Notes under the pieces: model-generated
What the model was told of the DNA's origin: nothing
The model's input: the letters and a program-made list of their open reading frames with translations, nothing else
Database searches by the model: none
Source: Thermoanaerobaculia bacterium
GTDB lineage: Bacteria > Acidobacteriota > Thermoanaerobaculia > UBA5066
Length of the DNA stretch: 64,000 nt
Reading direction: 5' to 3'
Assembly: GCA_963816185.1 (NCBI GenBank)
Contig: CAWFJJ010000030.1
Span: 416,001 to 480,000 of the forward strand
Made by a program: the position numbers and the translations under genes
Part shown: in pieces, positions 1-10,587 of the stretch
Numbering within the stretch: the stretch's first letter is position 1
Layout: every line of letters starts with the position of its first letter

Positions 1-1072
1 GACTCATCGAGCCTCCCACCACGTGCAGAAGCTGCGGCAGCTCGTCGAGCCTCGTCCGCCTCAGAAACGCGCCGGTGCGCGTCACCCGGTCGTCGTCGGG
101 GCCGGACAGCGTGGGCCCCGTACGGGCCTCGGCGTCGGCCCGCATCGTGCGCACCTTCCACAGGAGAAATTCGCGGCCGCCCAGGCCGACCCGGCGCTGG
201 CGGATCCACGGAGCGCCCCGACTGCCGAGGGCGACCGCCAGCGTGACGAGAAAGAGAATCGGAGCTGCGACGGCGAGCAAAACGGATCCGAGGACGAGGT
301 CGAGCGCGCGACGCCATACGAACGCGAGGAAGCTCGCACCGCGTGTCGCGACGGGCGTCAACGGAAGATCCGCGAGACTCCTCGTGACCGCGCGCGACGA
401 CACGATGTCGGCGAGCCCGGGAAGGACCCAGAGGTCGAAGTCGCTCTCGAGGCTCCTCTCGAGAAGAGCGACGAGCGCGGGACGATCCTCGAACCGGTCG
501 GACGCGAAGACCACGTCCTCGGCCCCCTTCAGATCATCGATCGACGCGCTCTCGCTCCATCCGGCCAGCGTGTGGCCCGTGATTTCGCCGGCGCGCAAAG
601 CGTCGGCGGCGCGCCGGGCATCCTCTCCCGAGCCGAGCACGAGGACGGAGCGCGTGCCGATCGGCGCGAGCACCTCGGCGAGCGATCGCCAGAGCCCGAG
701 CGCGAACGACAGAACCGGCACGTAAATGAGGAGAACGGTCCTCGGCACGGCGCGGCCGGCGAAAAAGTACGCCGCGAGGAGCAGGCCGCCCGCGACGAGC
801 GCGGACACGAGCAGGCCGCCGCGCTCCTTCACCGAAGCGAGCGGCTCGTCGTACGTGCCCGCGAGCCACAGAGCCATGACGGCCGCGCAGCCCGTGAGCG
901 CGAGCCACGGAGCCTCCAGCGGGAGATTGGACGCCGGAAGCGTTCCGAGCGTTCCCGGCAGCGGGAGGACGCGGCGAAGCGCGACGATCAGCGCGAAGAG
1001 CCCCACCGCGACGGATGCGTCGCCGGCCGCGAGAAGCCACCCCCGGCCGGGCTTCTGCCCGTGGGGTTTCAC
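1..1072 (-). CDS. Undecaprenyl-phosphate sugar (priming glycosyl) transferase, WcaJ/WbaP family; 3' end runs off the window
   Basis: Own translation from GTG at 1072 (GTGA overlap with upstream stop): N-terminal TM helices, then RRALDLVLG...RQRRVG...KVRTM...DDRVTRTGAFLRRTRLDELPQL, the Bac_transf signature. Confidence 0.9.
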   Translation of the reverse strand, partial: MKPHGQKPGRGWLLAAGDASVAVGLFALIVALRRVLPLPGTLGTLPASNLPLEAPWLALTGCAAVMALWLAGTYDEPLASVKERGGLLVSALVAGGLLLAAYFFAGRAVPRTVLLIYVPVLSFALGLWRSLAEVLAPIGTRSVLVLGSGEDARRAADALRAGEITGHTLAGWSESASIDDLKGAEDVVFASDRFEDRPALVALLERSLESDFDLWVLPGLADIVSSRAVTRSLADLPLTPVATRGASFLAFVWRRALDLVLGSVLLAVAAPILFLVTLAVALGSRGAPWIRQRRVGLGGREFLLWKVRTMRADAEARTGPTLSGPDDDRVTRTGAFLRRTRLDELPQLLHVVGGSMS

Positions 1073-2223
1073 GCTCTCCCACCCGCCACGCGATAGGCCG
1101 CGGCCAATGCCGCGACGGAAGCGCGACGATCCGCGTGCGCCTCGGCGAACGCACGACAGGCCGCGCCGTCACGGGCAGCCCGCGCGGAATCCGTCAGGTA
1201 AGCCGTGATCTCCCGCGCGAACTCCTCGTCCGTGGTGGCGGCGCGCGCGGGAGCCGTCGCGCCGGACGAGCGGGCGCGCGCGATGACGCCCGCCGAGGCG
1301 ACGACCGCCGCCCCGGCTTCGAAGGCCTCGAAGACTTTGTTCGGTGTGCCCGTTCCGAGATCTACCGGAGCGACCACGACGCGCGCCCGCCTCAGGAACT
1401 CCGCCATGTCGGGAACTGGGCTCACGATCTCGACTCCTTCGCGCCCGTCCGATGCGCGGACCTCGCCGGGCGCGTCGGCCCCACCCACCAGAAGGCGCGC
1501 TTCCGGCACGGCGCGCTTGACGCGCGGCCAGATCTCGCGGAGCAGCCGTCGCGCCGCCAAGCGATTCGGACGGTACATGAGACGCCCGGTGAAGGCCACG
1601 ACCGGCGGGCGCTCCGAAGGCCCGGCCGGCAGCAGAGCCACGCCGTTCGCCACGGCGCGCGTGCCTGCGGGGAGATGCTCGGCATCGAACGGCGTCGTTG
1701 CGAGGAGAACTGCCGCGTCCTGGGAGGCCCGCACCTCGGCGCGTGCGAGGCGCGGCGCCTCGAGCGCCCAATATGCCCGACGCCACGGTGCCGGGTCATC
1801 CCGAGCTGCCTGCCGTGCGCCTTCGGCGAGCGCGTCGACGAAGTCGACGACGCGAGGGAGCTGCGGCAGCGGTCCAAGGTGCGCCAGCAGGCGCGGGAGG
1901 AGGACGCAGACGAGCAGGTCTGCCCCGCAGACCGCCTCTCTCAGGGCGGGGCCGAAAGATCCTGCGAATAGAGCGGATTGAAGGGGCTCGCCGGACGCGG
2001 CTGCCCGCGCGAGGGCCGCCGGAAGCCGCGAGCGATCGAGGCGTACGGGATGAACGGACACTCCGCCCGGCATTCGCGGAATCTCTTCTCCCCGGGCGAC
2101 CCCGCCTACGAGCACCGTCTCGTAGCCCGCCTCGTCGAGCGCGAGAAGGTGCAGCTCGGCCCGCAGGCGATCGCCCGTGAAGCCCGTCCCGGGAAGGCGC
2201 GGAACGAGAAGGACGGCTTTCAC
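1069..2223 (-). CDS. Glycosyltransferase family 4
   Basis: GTG at 2223 overlaps upstream TGA; motifs VDFVDA, FTGRLMYRPN, GTGTPNKVFEAFEAG are typical of GT4. Confidence 0.85.
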   Translation of the reverse strand: MKAVLLVPRLPGTGFTGDRLRAELHLLALDEAGYETVLVGGVARGEEIPRMPGGVSVHPVRLDRSRLPAALARAAASGEPLQSALFAGSFGPALREAVCGADLLVCVLLPRLLAHLGPLPQLPRVVDFVDALAEGARQAARDDPAPWRRAYWALEAPRLARAEVRASQDAAVLLATTPFDAEHLPAGTRAVANGVALLPAGPSERPPVVAFTGRLMYRPNRLAARRLLREIWPRVKRAVPEARLLVGGADAPGEVRASDGREGVEIVSPVPDMAEFLRRARVVVAPVDLGTGTPNKVFEAFEAGAAVVASAGVIARARSSGATAPARAATTDEEFAREITAYLTDSARAARDGAACRAFAEAHADRRASVAALAAAYRVAGGRA

Positions 2224-3569
2224 GCGAGAGGTCGAGCCCGGTGCCAGCGCGACGGCGTGAGAAGCGCACGGGCGATCGCGCGCGCCCACATCGAGAGGGA
2301 AGAAAGAAGATCGGCGAAGGTGACTGCGGGAACTTCGGGGGGATACCCGACGCGGGCGCGGAGCGCGACGAGCGAGAGCCACTCGAAGAGCAACGCAGAT
2401 TTTCCTAGAAGTGAAAGGGCGAAGAGCCAAGCGAGGAGCGCGATGGGTCGCGCCGACGCGCCTGCACCCCCGGCCGCGGCTTCGCCGCTTGCCCGCGCCG
2501 CGGCGGACCACGCGCCACTCGAAGAAAACACCACCATGACGACATCCGAAGCGATCGCAAGAAACGCGAGGGCCAAAAGCACGAAGAGTCGTGGCCTCAG
2601 CCAGAGATCGCACGCGAGAACGAACGCCCCTTTCGGGCTCCTCGCCGCGAGCCGCAGGAGGTCGCCGAAGCCCGTCGCGAGCAGCTTCAGATGCCCGCCG
2701 AGCCACCGCGCGCGCGATCGCGCCATCGCGGCGGCCGCGGGAGCAGGCTCGTCGAACGCGACGGGCGACTCGAGCGCGCGGACGCGGACGCCGTTCGCGA
2801 GAAGAGCGAGCGTCGCCTCCGAGTCCTCAGCCGTCGTCCGCGTCGCGACGGCCGGACCGACGCGAAAGGCCCGCGGTGAGAAGCCCATGGCTTTTCCGCG
2901 CAGCCGCACGGGCAGGCCCTCCGCGTCGCGCGCGAGATCGTCCGCGAGCGCGGCTACGAGAGAGAGCGCCTCGACGCGCGGCGCCCCGGCCCCGGGGACT
3001 CCAGCGGGCCTTACGGGCAGCTGGAATACCTCGGTCTCGTCGGGAACGTTCAGGTCGAGGAAGAATCCGTCCGGGAGGCGCATGTCGGCGTCGAAGACGA
3101 GGATGAACGAGTAATCGTCAAGCTGGTCGCCTAGTTGCTCCTCAAGAAATGCCAGCGCATGCCCTTTCGCAGGACCGGGGATCTTCTTAGAAAGGTATTT
3201 GACTCCGTCCGCTTTGAGGCGCGCCTCGGCACCCGGGTCGGGGCCGTCGAGGAGGACGAGAACGTCGACTCCAAAGGGGATTGCGCTCGCCTCTGCGCCT
3301 GCTGCGCTCTTCACCTTCGAAGAAATCTCTTTCTCGGACTCTCTCGTTCCCTCCCCCTCTCTTCTGAGATCTCCGGCGAGGTCCCCCACCCGCGCGCCCT
3401 CGGCGCGTGACGGGATCACGGCGAGGATCTTCCGGGGGGCGCGGCCGGGCGAAACCGGCGGCGCGCCTGCGCGCGGCGCCGCGAGGCGCCGCCACCTCAG
3501 GAAAGCGTCGTACGCGGGCCCCGCCGCCCACGCGGCGAGGAGACCGCACCCTGTCGTGAGGATGTCCAC
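2220..3569 (-). CDS. Membrane glycosyltransferase family 2
   Basis: VIPSRAE, KGHAL, FDAD, AEDSE and RARW (QxxRW-like) motifs plus C-terminal TM helices. Confidence 0.85.
   Translation of the reverse strand: MDILTTGCGLLAAWAAGPAYDAFLRWRRLAAPRAGAPPVSPGRAPRKILAVIPSRAEGARVGDLAGDLRREGEGTRESEKEISSKVKSAAGAEASAIPFGVDVLVLLDGPDPGAEARLKADGVKYLSKKIPGPAKGHALAFLEEQLGDQLDDYSFILVFDADMRLPDGFFLDLNVPDETEVFQLPVRPAGVPGAGAPRVEALSLVAALADDLARDAEGLPVRLRGKAMGFSPRAFRVGPAVATRTTAEDSEATLALLANGVRVRALESPVAFDEPAPAAAAMARSRARWLGGHLKLLATGFGDLLRLAARSPKGAFVLACDLWLRPRLFVLLALAFLAIASDVVMVVFSSSGAWSAAARASGEAAAGGAGASARPIALLAWLFALSLLGKSALLFEWLSLVALRARVGYPPEVPAVTFADLLSSLSMWARAIARALLTPSRWHRARPLA
2398..3374. repeat. Cluster 1 of dispersed AT-rich motif (inside the GT2 gene)
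   Basis: Reverse copies gattttcctagaagtgaaa (2398-2416) and gatcttcttagaaaggtat (3180-3198); forward copy ttcaccttcgaagaaatc (3310-3327); weaker copies near 3138 and 3358. Confidence 0.7.
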
Positions 3570-3612
3570 GCGGCCCGCATCGTAGCGGACGAGAGGGCCG
3601 CGTGTCGGAGGG

Positions 3613-5868
3613 TCAGCTCTTCCGCGACTGGGCGTCCACCACGCCGAATGCGGCCATGTTCACGATGTCCGAGACTTCGACGCCCCGCTGGAGGACGTGG
3701 ACTGGTTTCCCCATCCCCATCAGGATCGGCCCGATCGCCTCGGCCTTCGCGAGGCGCCAGACGAGCTTGTACGCGGCATTCGCGCTCTGGAGCTCGGGAA
3801 AGACGAGGACGTTGGGGGGGCCGGTGAGCGCCGTCCACGGGTACTCCTCCTGCAGGAACTCGGGCAGGACGGCCGTGTCGGCCTGCATCTCGCCGTCGCA
3901 CTCGAGATCGGGTCGCCGCTCGTGCACGATCTTCACCGCGGCGCGCACCTTGTCGGTCTCCGGCGAGCGTGTCGAGCCGAAGTTCGAGAAGGCGATCATC
4001 GCGACGCGCGGCACGATGTTGAAGAGCTTCGCCGTGTCGGCCGACCGAATGGCGATCTCCGCGAGGTCCTCGGCCGTCGGGTTGATGTTCACGGTCGTAT
4101 CGGCAAAGAAGAAAACCCGGTCCTTCAGGATGAGAATGTAGAGTCCCGAGACTTTCTTCGCGTCCGGGGCGACGCCGATCGTCAGCAGCGCCGGCCGGAT
4201 CGTCTCCGGGTAATACGTCGTCAGGCCCGAAAGAGCCACGTCGGCGTCCCCCTGCGCGACCATCATCCCGGCGAAGAAATTCCTCACGCGCAACATGTGC
4301 TGCGCGTCCTCGTGCGTGACGCCGTGGCGCTTCCGCTTCTCCCAGAAGGCTTCGACGTAAGCTTTGAAATTCGGATGCTCCTCCGGATCGACGACCATGA
4401 TGGGCGCTTTCACGTCGAGCGCCTTGAGGTCCGCCTCCGCCTTCCTGCCGCGCGAGAGGAGGATCGGCGAGGCGATTCCCTCCTCGGCGAGGATCTTGGC
4501 GGCGCGCTGGATCTTCGGGTGGTCCCCTTCGGCCAGGACGATCCGCTTCGGGTTCGACCTCGCCTTTTCGTGGATGACCTGCATGAACGAACGCGAACGC
4601 GAGAGCATTCCCTCGAGCTTCCGGCGGTACGCGTCCAGGTCTGCGATGGGCTGCTTGGCGACTCCCGTCGCCGCGGCCGCCTGGGCCACTGCGGGCGCCA
4701 CGTGCTGCAGCACGCGCCAGTCGAACGGCTTCGGGATGAGGTACTCGCGTCCGAACCGGAAGCTGTCGACGCCATACGCGCGGGCGACGGAGTCGGGAAC
4801 GTCTTCCTTGGCGAGATTCGCGAGGGCCTTCGAAGCGGCGAGCTTCATCGCCTCGTTGATCTGCGTCGCGCGGCAATCGAGCGCGCCGCGGAAGATGAAG
4901 GGAAAGCCGAGGACGTTGTTGACCTGGTTCGGGTAGTCGGACCGGCCCGTCGCCATCATGGCGTCGGGACGTGCGGCCTTCACCTCTTCCGGGGTGATCT
5001 CCGGCACCGGGTTCGCCATGGCGAAGATGATCGGGTCCCTCGCCATCTTCTTGATCATCTCCCCGGTGATGAGCTTCGCGGCCGAGACGCCGACGAATGC
5101 GTCTGCGCCCTCGAGCGCCTCGGCGATCGTCCGCTTCTTCGTGTCGCGCGCGAAGCGCTGCTTGTAGGGGTTCATGTTTTCGGTCCGGCCCTTCCAGATC
5201 ACGCCGGTCCGGTCGACCATCAGGATGTTCTCGAGCTTCACGCCGTATGTGATGTACAGGTTCGCGCACGCGTTCGCGGCGGCGCCGGCGCCGGCGAAAA
5301 CGACCTTCGCGTCCTCGAGCTTCTTGCCTGCGATCTCGAGCGCATTCAGGAACGCGGCGGCGGAGATGATCGCGGTGCCGTGCTGATCGTCGTGGAAAAC
5401 CGGGATCTTCATCCGCGCCTTGAGCTTCTCCTCGATGTAGAAGCACTCGGGCGCCTTGATGTCCTCGAGATTGATACCGCCGAACGTGGGCTCGAGCCGG
5501 GCGACGCACTCGATGAACTTGTCGGGGTCCTTTTCGTCGACCTCGATGTCGAAGACGTCGACGTCGGCGAATCTCTTGAAGAGGACGCCCTTTCCCTCCA
5601 TGACGGGCTTTCCGGCGAGCGGACCGATGTCTCCGAGTCCGAGCACGGCCGTGCCGTTCGAGATGACGCCCACGAGATTTCCCTTGCCCGTGTACTCGTA
5701 GGCGAGCTCGGAGTCCCGCGCGATCTCGAGACACGGGTCGGCGACTCCGGGCGTGTAGGCGAGAGAGAGGTCGCGGGCCGTGGCGCACGGCTTGGAGGGA
5801 ACGACCTCCAGCTTGCCCTTGCGGCCCGTGGAGTGATAGTCGAGAGCATCTTGCTTGGAAAGGCTCAC
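3613..5868 (-). CDS. maeB: NADP-dependent malic enzyme with C-terminal phosphotransacetylase-like domain
   Basis: [41 protein letters not shown]; C-terminal PTA-like domain (DGEMQAD, IGPILMG); GTG start after AAAGGA. Confidence 0.95.
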   Translation of the reverse strand: MSLSKQDALDYHSTGRKGKLEVVPSKPCATARDLSLAYTPGVADPCLEIARDSELAYEYTGKGNLVGVISNGTAVLGLGDIGPLAGKPVMEGKGVLFKRFADVDVFDIEVDEKDPDKFIECVARLEPTFGGINLEDIKAPECFYIEEKLKARMKIPVFHDDQHGTAIISAAAFLNALEIAGKKLEDAKVVFAGAGAAANACANLYITYGVKLENILMVDRTGVIWKGRTENMNPYKQRFARDTKKRTIAEALEGADAFVGVSAAKLITGEMIKKMARDPIIFAMANPVPEITPEEVKAARPDAMMATGRSDYPNQVNNVLGFPFIFRGALDCRATQINEAMKLAASKALANLAKEDVPDSVARAYGVDSFRFGREYLIPKPFDWRVLQHVAPAVAQAAAATGVAKQPIADLDAYRRKLEGMLSRSRSFMQVIHEKARSNPKRIVLAEGDHPKIQRAAKILAEEGIASPILLSRGRKAEADLKALDVKAPIMVVDPEEHPNFKAYVEAFWEKRKRHGVTHEDAQHMLRVRNFFAGMMVAQGDADVALSGLTTYYPETIRPALLTIGVAPDAKKVSGLYILILKDRVFFFADTTVNINPTAEDLAEIAIRSADTAKLFNIVPRVAMIAFSNFGSTRSPETDKVRAAVKIVHERRPDLECDGEMQADTAVLPEFLQEEYPWTALTGPPNVLVFPELQSANAAYKLVWRLAKAEAIGPILMGMGKPVHVLQRGVEVSDIVNMAAFGVVDAQSRKS

Positions 5869-5938
5869 GCGTATTCCTTTCGTAGATCCCGCGGCGATTC
5901 TAGAATGGCGATTGGCGCGCCGTATTGATGCGAACGCA

Positions 5939-6772
5939 CTAACGAAGGCGAGCCACGAGCTGAGGGAGCACGATTCCAAGGCGAAAAAGAGGAAATGCGC
6001 GCGTCAATGCCGCGTGAGCATCCCCTTCCGTCCCGGACTCGAGGGCGCGCCGTACCGCGCTCTGGGCCGTGTCGAGGTACCGGAGCTGGTCTTCGACGCC
6101 CTCTCGGCCGCCGGCCGGCCCGTGCCCCGGCACGAGCATGCGGAACGGAAGGAGACGCAGACTTCCCAGCGCGGCCCGCATCCCCGCGACGTCCGCGTCC
6201 TCGAGGTTCGGGTGATAGCCCGTCGAGACGAGGTCTCCCGCAACGAGGACGCCGAGCGCTGGAGCGTGAACGCAAAGGTCGCCCGGCGTGTGAGCGTGAC
6301 CGGGATGGAGGATCTCCAGCCGGAGTCCTCCCGCCTCCAGGAGAAACGCGTCGGAGACGATTCGCGAGGGGACGTACGGTGCCGCGGATTCGAACAGGTG
6401 CGCGATCTCGGAGTTCCTCCGGCGTTCGGCGATGAGCCCGGGATGCTCTTGCGCCATCCGCGCCGCGGCTTTTTCGTGCGCGACGACCTCGGCGCCCTTC
6501 GCCGCGAAGTAACCCGCGCCGAGCGCGTGGTCCGTGTGGTGATGCGTGAGGACGACATGCGTGACCGGATCGGATGTGCGCGCGCGGAGAAGCGCTTCGA
6601 GCTCGGCCGCCTGCACCGGCGACACGAACGGGTCTACGAGGACGACAGCGCCCTCGCCGAAGAACACCACCGCGTTCGACCCGTAGCTCGTCGCGAGAGT
6701 CTCGCCGCCGTACGTGAAGACCGAGATGGCGTCGGAGAGACGATTCTCGGCGAGAGAAGCGGTGACGCTCAA
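5939..6772 (-). CDS. MBL-fold metallo-hydrolase (cyclase-like)
   Basis: THHHTDH motif, HAHTPGD, GDLV, VPGHG; TTG start overlapping the proS stop. Confidence 0.85.
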   Translation of the reverse strand: MSVTASLAENRLSDAISVFTYGGETLATSYGSNAVVFFGEGAVVLVDPFVSPVQAAELEALLRARTSDPVTHVVLTHHHTDHALGAGYFAAKGAEVVAHEKAAARMAQEHPGLIAERRRNSEIAHLFESAAPYVPSRIVSDAFLLEAGGLRLEILHPGHAHTPGDLCVHAPALGVLVAGDLVSTGYHPNLEDADVAGMRAALGSLRLLPFRMLVPGHGPAGGREGVEDQLRYLDTAQSAVRRALESGTEGDAHAALTRAFPLFRLGIVLPQLVARLR

Positions 6773-8547
6773 GCCGCCAGCGTCTTCGCTCCCGCCGCGA
6801 GCGTCTTCTTGACGAGGTCGACGACGCGGTCCGGCGCGATCTCGGCAGCTTTTCTCTCGCGACGGGTGGAGACCTCGACGACACCCTTCGCGAGGCCCTT
6901 GCCGCCCACGACGACACGCACGGGGAAGCCGATCAGATCCAGATCTTTGAACTTCACGCCCGGACGTTCGTCGCGATCGTCGTAGAAGACCTCGACCCCG
7001 GCAGCCTTGAGGCCTTCGTAGAGCCTGTCCGCCGCCTCGAGAACGTGGGCGTCGCGCTGCAGCGCAGCCACGACGCAGGCGAACGGCGCGAGCGGCAACG
7101 GCCAGATGATTCCGAGCTCGTCGTGGTTCTGCTCGATGGCCGCCGCCACCGTACGGCCGAGGCCGAGTCCGTAGCAGCCCATCGTGAGCGGCACCATCTT
7201 CTGGGCCTGGTCGGCGACCTCGCATTTCATCGCCTCGGAGTATTTCGTTCCGAGCTTGAAGATGTGGCCGACCTCGATGCCACGCCTGATTCTCAGCATG
7301 CCCTTGCCCGTCGGCGAGGGATCGCCCTCTCGCGCGGTCGCAACCTCGACGACGCCCTTGAAGGAAGGCAGCGACATCACGTCGCGCGAAATGCTCACGC
7401 CGGAGTGATGGAGCCCCTCGCGGTTGGCGCCGCACCAGAGGTTCGCGCCGTGTTGGAGGGAACGGTCGACGAAGAGAGGAATCGGATTCTCTTCGAAAGG
7501 AAGAAGACCCAGCGGCCCCACAAATCCGGGCCTCGTCCCGGATACCTTTCTAAGAATCTCCTCCGAAACCAGCTTCACGTGAAGAGCAGCGATCGCTTTC
7601 GGAAGCTTGACCTCGTTGATGTCGAGATCACCACGGATCAGGACGGCCGCGAGCCGCGCCTTGCCGTCCGTACCCACCGCTTCGTAGATCATCGTGTTGA
7701 CGATGCGCGCCGGCGTCGTCCCGAGGTGCTTGGCCTGCCCGTCGGTCGTCGTGATCCCCGGCGTCGGCGCGTTCGCCTCGCCGAACGGCTTCGCCTCTTC
7801 CCCCGCCCACGGCTCCGGCAACGGAGCCGTGACGGCCTTCTCGATGTTGGCGCCGTAGTCGCCCGCCTCCGAGAAGACGAGGGCGTCTTCGCCGGTGTCC
7901 GCCACGACCATGAACTCCTGCGAAGCCGAGCCGCCGATCGCGCCCGAGTCGGCTTCCACGAGCGCGTACTCGAGGTTGCAGCGCTCGAAGATGCGCCGGT
8001 ACGCCGCGTCCATCTTCCGGTAGTGAAGGTCGAGGCCCTTCTCGTCCACGTCGAACGAGTACGCGTCCTTCATGAGGAACTCACGGCCGCGCAGGAGGCC
8101 GAAGCGCGGGCGGATCTCGTCGCGGAACTTCGTGCGGATCTGGTACAGGTTGAACGGGAGCTGCCGCCAGGACGTGACGGAGCGGCGCACCATGTCCGTG
8201 ACGGCCTCCTCGGCCGTCGGCGCGAGCGCGAACTCGCCGCCCTTACGGTCCTCGAGGTGGAAGAGGATCCCGTCGTCCACGTAGCGCTGCCAGCGACCCG
8301 ATTCCACCCAGAGCTCTTTCGGCTGCAGGATCGGGAGGTCGACCTCCATCGCGCCGGTCGCATCCATCTCCTCCCGCACGATGTCGATCATCTTCTTGAG
8401 CGACCGGAATCCGAACGGGGTGAACGAGTAAATGCCCGCGGCAAGCCTGTGGATGAGCCCCGCGCGATAGAGGAGCTGATGTGAGACGACCTCGGCATCG
8501 CCCGGCACCTCACGGAGCGTCACGAGAAACGACTGGGACCAGCGCAT
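6769..8547 (-). CDS. proS: Proline--tRNA ligase with editing (INS) domain
   Basis: SHQLLYRAG, LAPTAEE, KFRDEIRPRFGLLRGREFLMKDAYSF, GIEVGHIFKLG, GCYGLG, anticodon domain DDRDERPGVKF. Confidence 0.97.
   Translation of the reverse strand: MRWSQSFLVTLREVPGDAEVVSHQLLYRAGLIHRLAAGIYSFTPFGFRSLKKMIDIVREEMDATGAMEVDLPILQPKELWVESGRWQRYVDDGILFHLEDRKGGEFALAPTAEEAVTDMVRRSVTSWRQLPFNLYQIRTKFRDEIRPRFGLLRGREFLMKDAYSFDVDEKGLDLHYRKMDAAYRRIFERCNLEYALVEADSGAIGGSASQEFMVVADTGEDALVFSEAGDYGANIEKAVTAPLPEPWAGEEAKPFGEANAPTPGITTTDGQAKHLGTTPARIVNTMIYEAVGTDGKARLAAVLIRGDLDINEVKLPKAIAALHVKLVSEEILRKVSGTRPGFVGPLGLLPFEENPIPLFVDRSLQHGANLWCGANREGLHHSGVSISRDVMSLPSFKGVVEVATAREGDPSPTGKGMLRIRRGIEVGHIFKLGTKYSEAMKCEVADQAQKMVPLTMGCYGLGLGRTVAAAIEQNHDELGIIWPLPLAPFACVVAALQRDAHVLEAADRLYEGLKAAGVEVFYDDRDERPGVKFKDLDLIGFPVRVVVGGKGLAKGVVEVSTRRERKAAEIAPDRVVDLVKKTLAAGAKTLAA
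7485..7558. repeat. Cluster 2 of dispersed motif (inside proS)
   Basis: Reverse copy gattctcttcgaaaggaag (7485-7503) followed by forward copy atacctttctaagaatc (7542-7558). Confidence 0.65.
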
Positions 8548-8584
8548 AGGCGCGCGAGAATAGCAGGCGGTAGACTGCGCCCCC
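8548..8584. promoter_or_regulatory. Putative bidirectional -10 promoter giving leaderless proS and aminotransferase mRNAs
   Basis: 37 bp between divergent start codons; TATTCT (minus, 8557-8562) 9 nt before ATG and TAGACT (plus, 8571-8576) 8 nt before GTG; no SD. Confidence 0.5.
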
Positions 8585-9901
8585 GTGAACGTCGCCCCCA
8601 CCTTCGATTCGCTCGAAAAGGGCGACGCCGGGCTCTCCGCGCTCGCCCGCGGCGTCGTGGGGTCGGAAATCCTGCGCATCGGCAGCGAGATCCGCGAGAT
8701 GCAGGCGAAGGGTCATCCCGTCTGCAACCTCACGGTCGGCGACTTCGACCCGAAATACTTCCCGATCCCGAAGGAGCTGCTCGACGGCACGCGGAACGCG
8801 CTCGAATCCGGACACACGAATTACCCGCCGGCCGAAGGCATCATGTCGCTGCGCGAAGCGGTCGTTCGCCTCTACGAACGGGACCTCGGGCTCTCGTATC
8901 CCGTGGAGTCCGTCGTCATCGCGGCGGGCGCGAGGCCGCTCCTGTACGGCGCATACCGCACGCTCGTCGATCCCGGCGACACGGCGATCTACCCTGTTCC
9001 GAGCTGGAACAACAACCACTACACGTACCTGTCGGGCGCGCACGGAGTCCCGGTGGTCGTCTCGGCCGCGTCCAACTTCTTCCCGACTCCCGACCAGCTC
9101 CGCCCGCATCTCGTTGAGGCGCGACTTCTCATCCTCAACTCGCCGCTGAATCCCACCGGCACCGTGATCGCGAAGGAGGCCCTCACGGCGATCACGACGA
9201 TGGTCGTCGACGAGAATCGGCGACGCGAGGCGACGGGGAAAAAGCCGCTCTACTTCGTCTTCGACCAGGTGTACTGGACGCTCACGTTCGGAAACGCCGC
9301 GCACCACACGCCCGTCGCGCTCGTGCCAGAAAGCGCGCCGTACGTGATCTTTCTCGACGCGATCTCGAAGGCTTTTTGTGCGACCGGAATGCGCGTGGGC
9401 TGGGGCGTCATGCCTCCCGCCGTGCGCCGGCGCATGTCAGACATTCTCGGCCACGTGGGCGCGTGGGCGCCGAAAGCCGAGCAGGTCGGCGTCGCGGCGC
9501 TCTTGAACCAGCCGGAGACCATCTCCGCTTACCGCGACTCCGTTCGCGACAAGCTCGCCCGGCGCCTCGAATCCCTTTATCGCGGCGTGATGGAGATGAA
9601 GAACGAGGGCTTCCCCGTGGACGCGATCGAGCCGCAGGGCGCCATCTACCTCTCGGCGCGCTTCGACCTTTTCGGCCGCAGGGTGAACGGAACCGTCGTG
9701 AAGACGAACGACGACGTGCGGCGCCTGCTCCTCGAGGCGGGCGTCGGCGTCGTGCCGTTTCAGGCCTTCGGACTCGCAGGCGATACGGGCTGGTTCCGGC
9801 TCTCGGCAGGCGCGGTCTCGATGGACGACATCGCCGCCGCGTTCCCGCGTCTGAGAGCGCTTCTCGCCGCCGCGTCGACGCCCGCGTCCGCGCCGCGCTG
9901 A
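8585..9901 (+). CDS. PLP-dependent aminotransferase class I/II
   Basis: NLTVGDFD, YPPAEGIMSLRE, LNSPLNPTG, DQVY, PLP-lysine motif AISKAFCATGMRVG. Confidence 0.92.
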   Translation: MNVAPTFDSLEKGDAGLSALARGVVGSEILRIGSEIREMQAKGHPVCNLTVGDFDPKYFPIPKELLDGTRNALESGHTNYPPAEGIMSLREAVVRLYERDLGLSYPVESVVIAAGARPLLYGAYRTLVDPGDTAIYPVPSWNNNHYTYLSGAHGVPVVVSAASNFFPTPDQLRPHLVEARLLILNSPLNPTGTVIAKEALTAITTMVVDENRRREATGKKPLYFVFDQVYWTLTFGNAAHHTPVALVPESAPYVIFLDAISKAFCATGMRVGWGVMPPAVRRRMSDILGHVGAWAPKAEQVGVAALLNQPETISAYRDSVRDKLARRLESLYRGVMEMKNEGFPVDAIEPQGAIYLSARFDLFGRRVNGTVVKTNDDVRRLLLEAGVGVVPFQAFGLAGDTGWFRLSAGAVSMDDIAAAFPRLRALLAAASTPASAPR

Positions 9902-9923
9902 CTCCAGGGGCTACACTCCGGGG

Positions 9924-10583
9924 GTGGAGCAGGACAAGAAGTCCGAGAAGAGCCGGGCGGCCATCCTCGAGGCGGCGCTGGATCTTTTCTCGAGCCAGGG
10001 TTACCGAGGCACGAGCATCCGTGAGATCGCACAGGCCGCCGGTCTGTCGACGGGAAACGTATACCACCACTTCCCCGACAAGGAGACGATCTTTCAGACG
10101 GTCCTCGCGCAGTATTGGAAGGCGATCGAGAGCCCCGACTTTCCGTTCAACCGGGCGCTCGCGTCGGGGACGTTCCCCGACAACCTCGAAGAGCTGGCCT
10201 TTGCCGCCCGCGACAGCGTGCGCCAGTACCGCAAGTACGTCGCGCTCATCTACGTCGACGTCGTCGAGCTCTCGGGCAGCCACATCCGCAAGTTCTATTC
10301 GGAGATGGCCTCACGCTTCGAGCGTTTCGTCGCGACGCATGGCCACGAGTCCTTCGCGCGAAACCTCAGGCCGGGCGTCCCGCCCACGACGGCCGTCATG
10401 CTCGCGAGCCGCATCTATCTCCAGTACTTCGCCGTCGAGATCGTGTTCGGCGTGCCGAACGAGTTCGGCAAGAACACGGATATCGTCGTGAAGGAGATCG
10501 CCGACATCCTCCGCCACGGGATGATGAAAGAGCCGGGGCTCGTGTCGGCCGCGGCGCCATCCCTCGCCCGCGCACGGCGCTGA
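9924..10583 (+). CDS. TetR/AcrR family transcriptional regulator
   Basis: HTH ILEAALDLFSSQGYRGTSIREIAQAAGLSTGNVYHHFPDKE; TACACT 6 nt upstream of GTG suggests a leaderless mRNA. Confidence 0.93.
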   Translation: MEQDKKSEKSRAAILEAALDLFSSQGYRGTSIREIAQAAGLSTGNVYHHFPDKETIFQTVLAQYWKAIESPDFPFNRALASGTFPDNLEELAFAARDSVRQYRKYVALIYVDVVELSGSHIRKFYSEMASRFERFVATHGHESFARNLRPGVPPTTAVMLASRIYLQYFAVEIVFGVPNEFGKNTDIVVKEIADILRHGMMKEPGLVSAAAPSLARARR

Positions 10584-10587
10584 GCCT

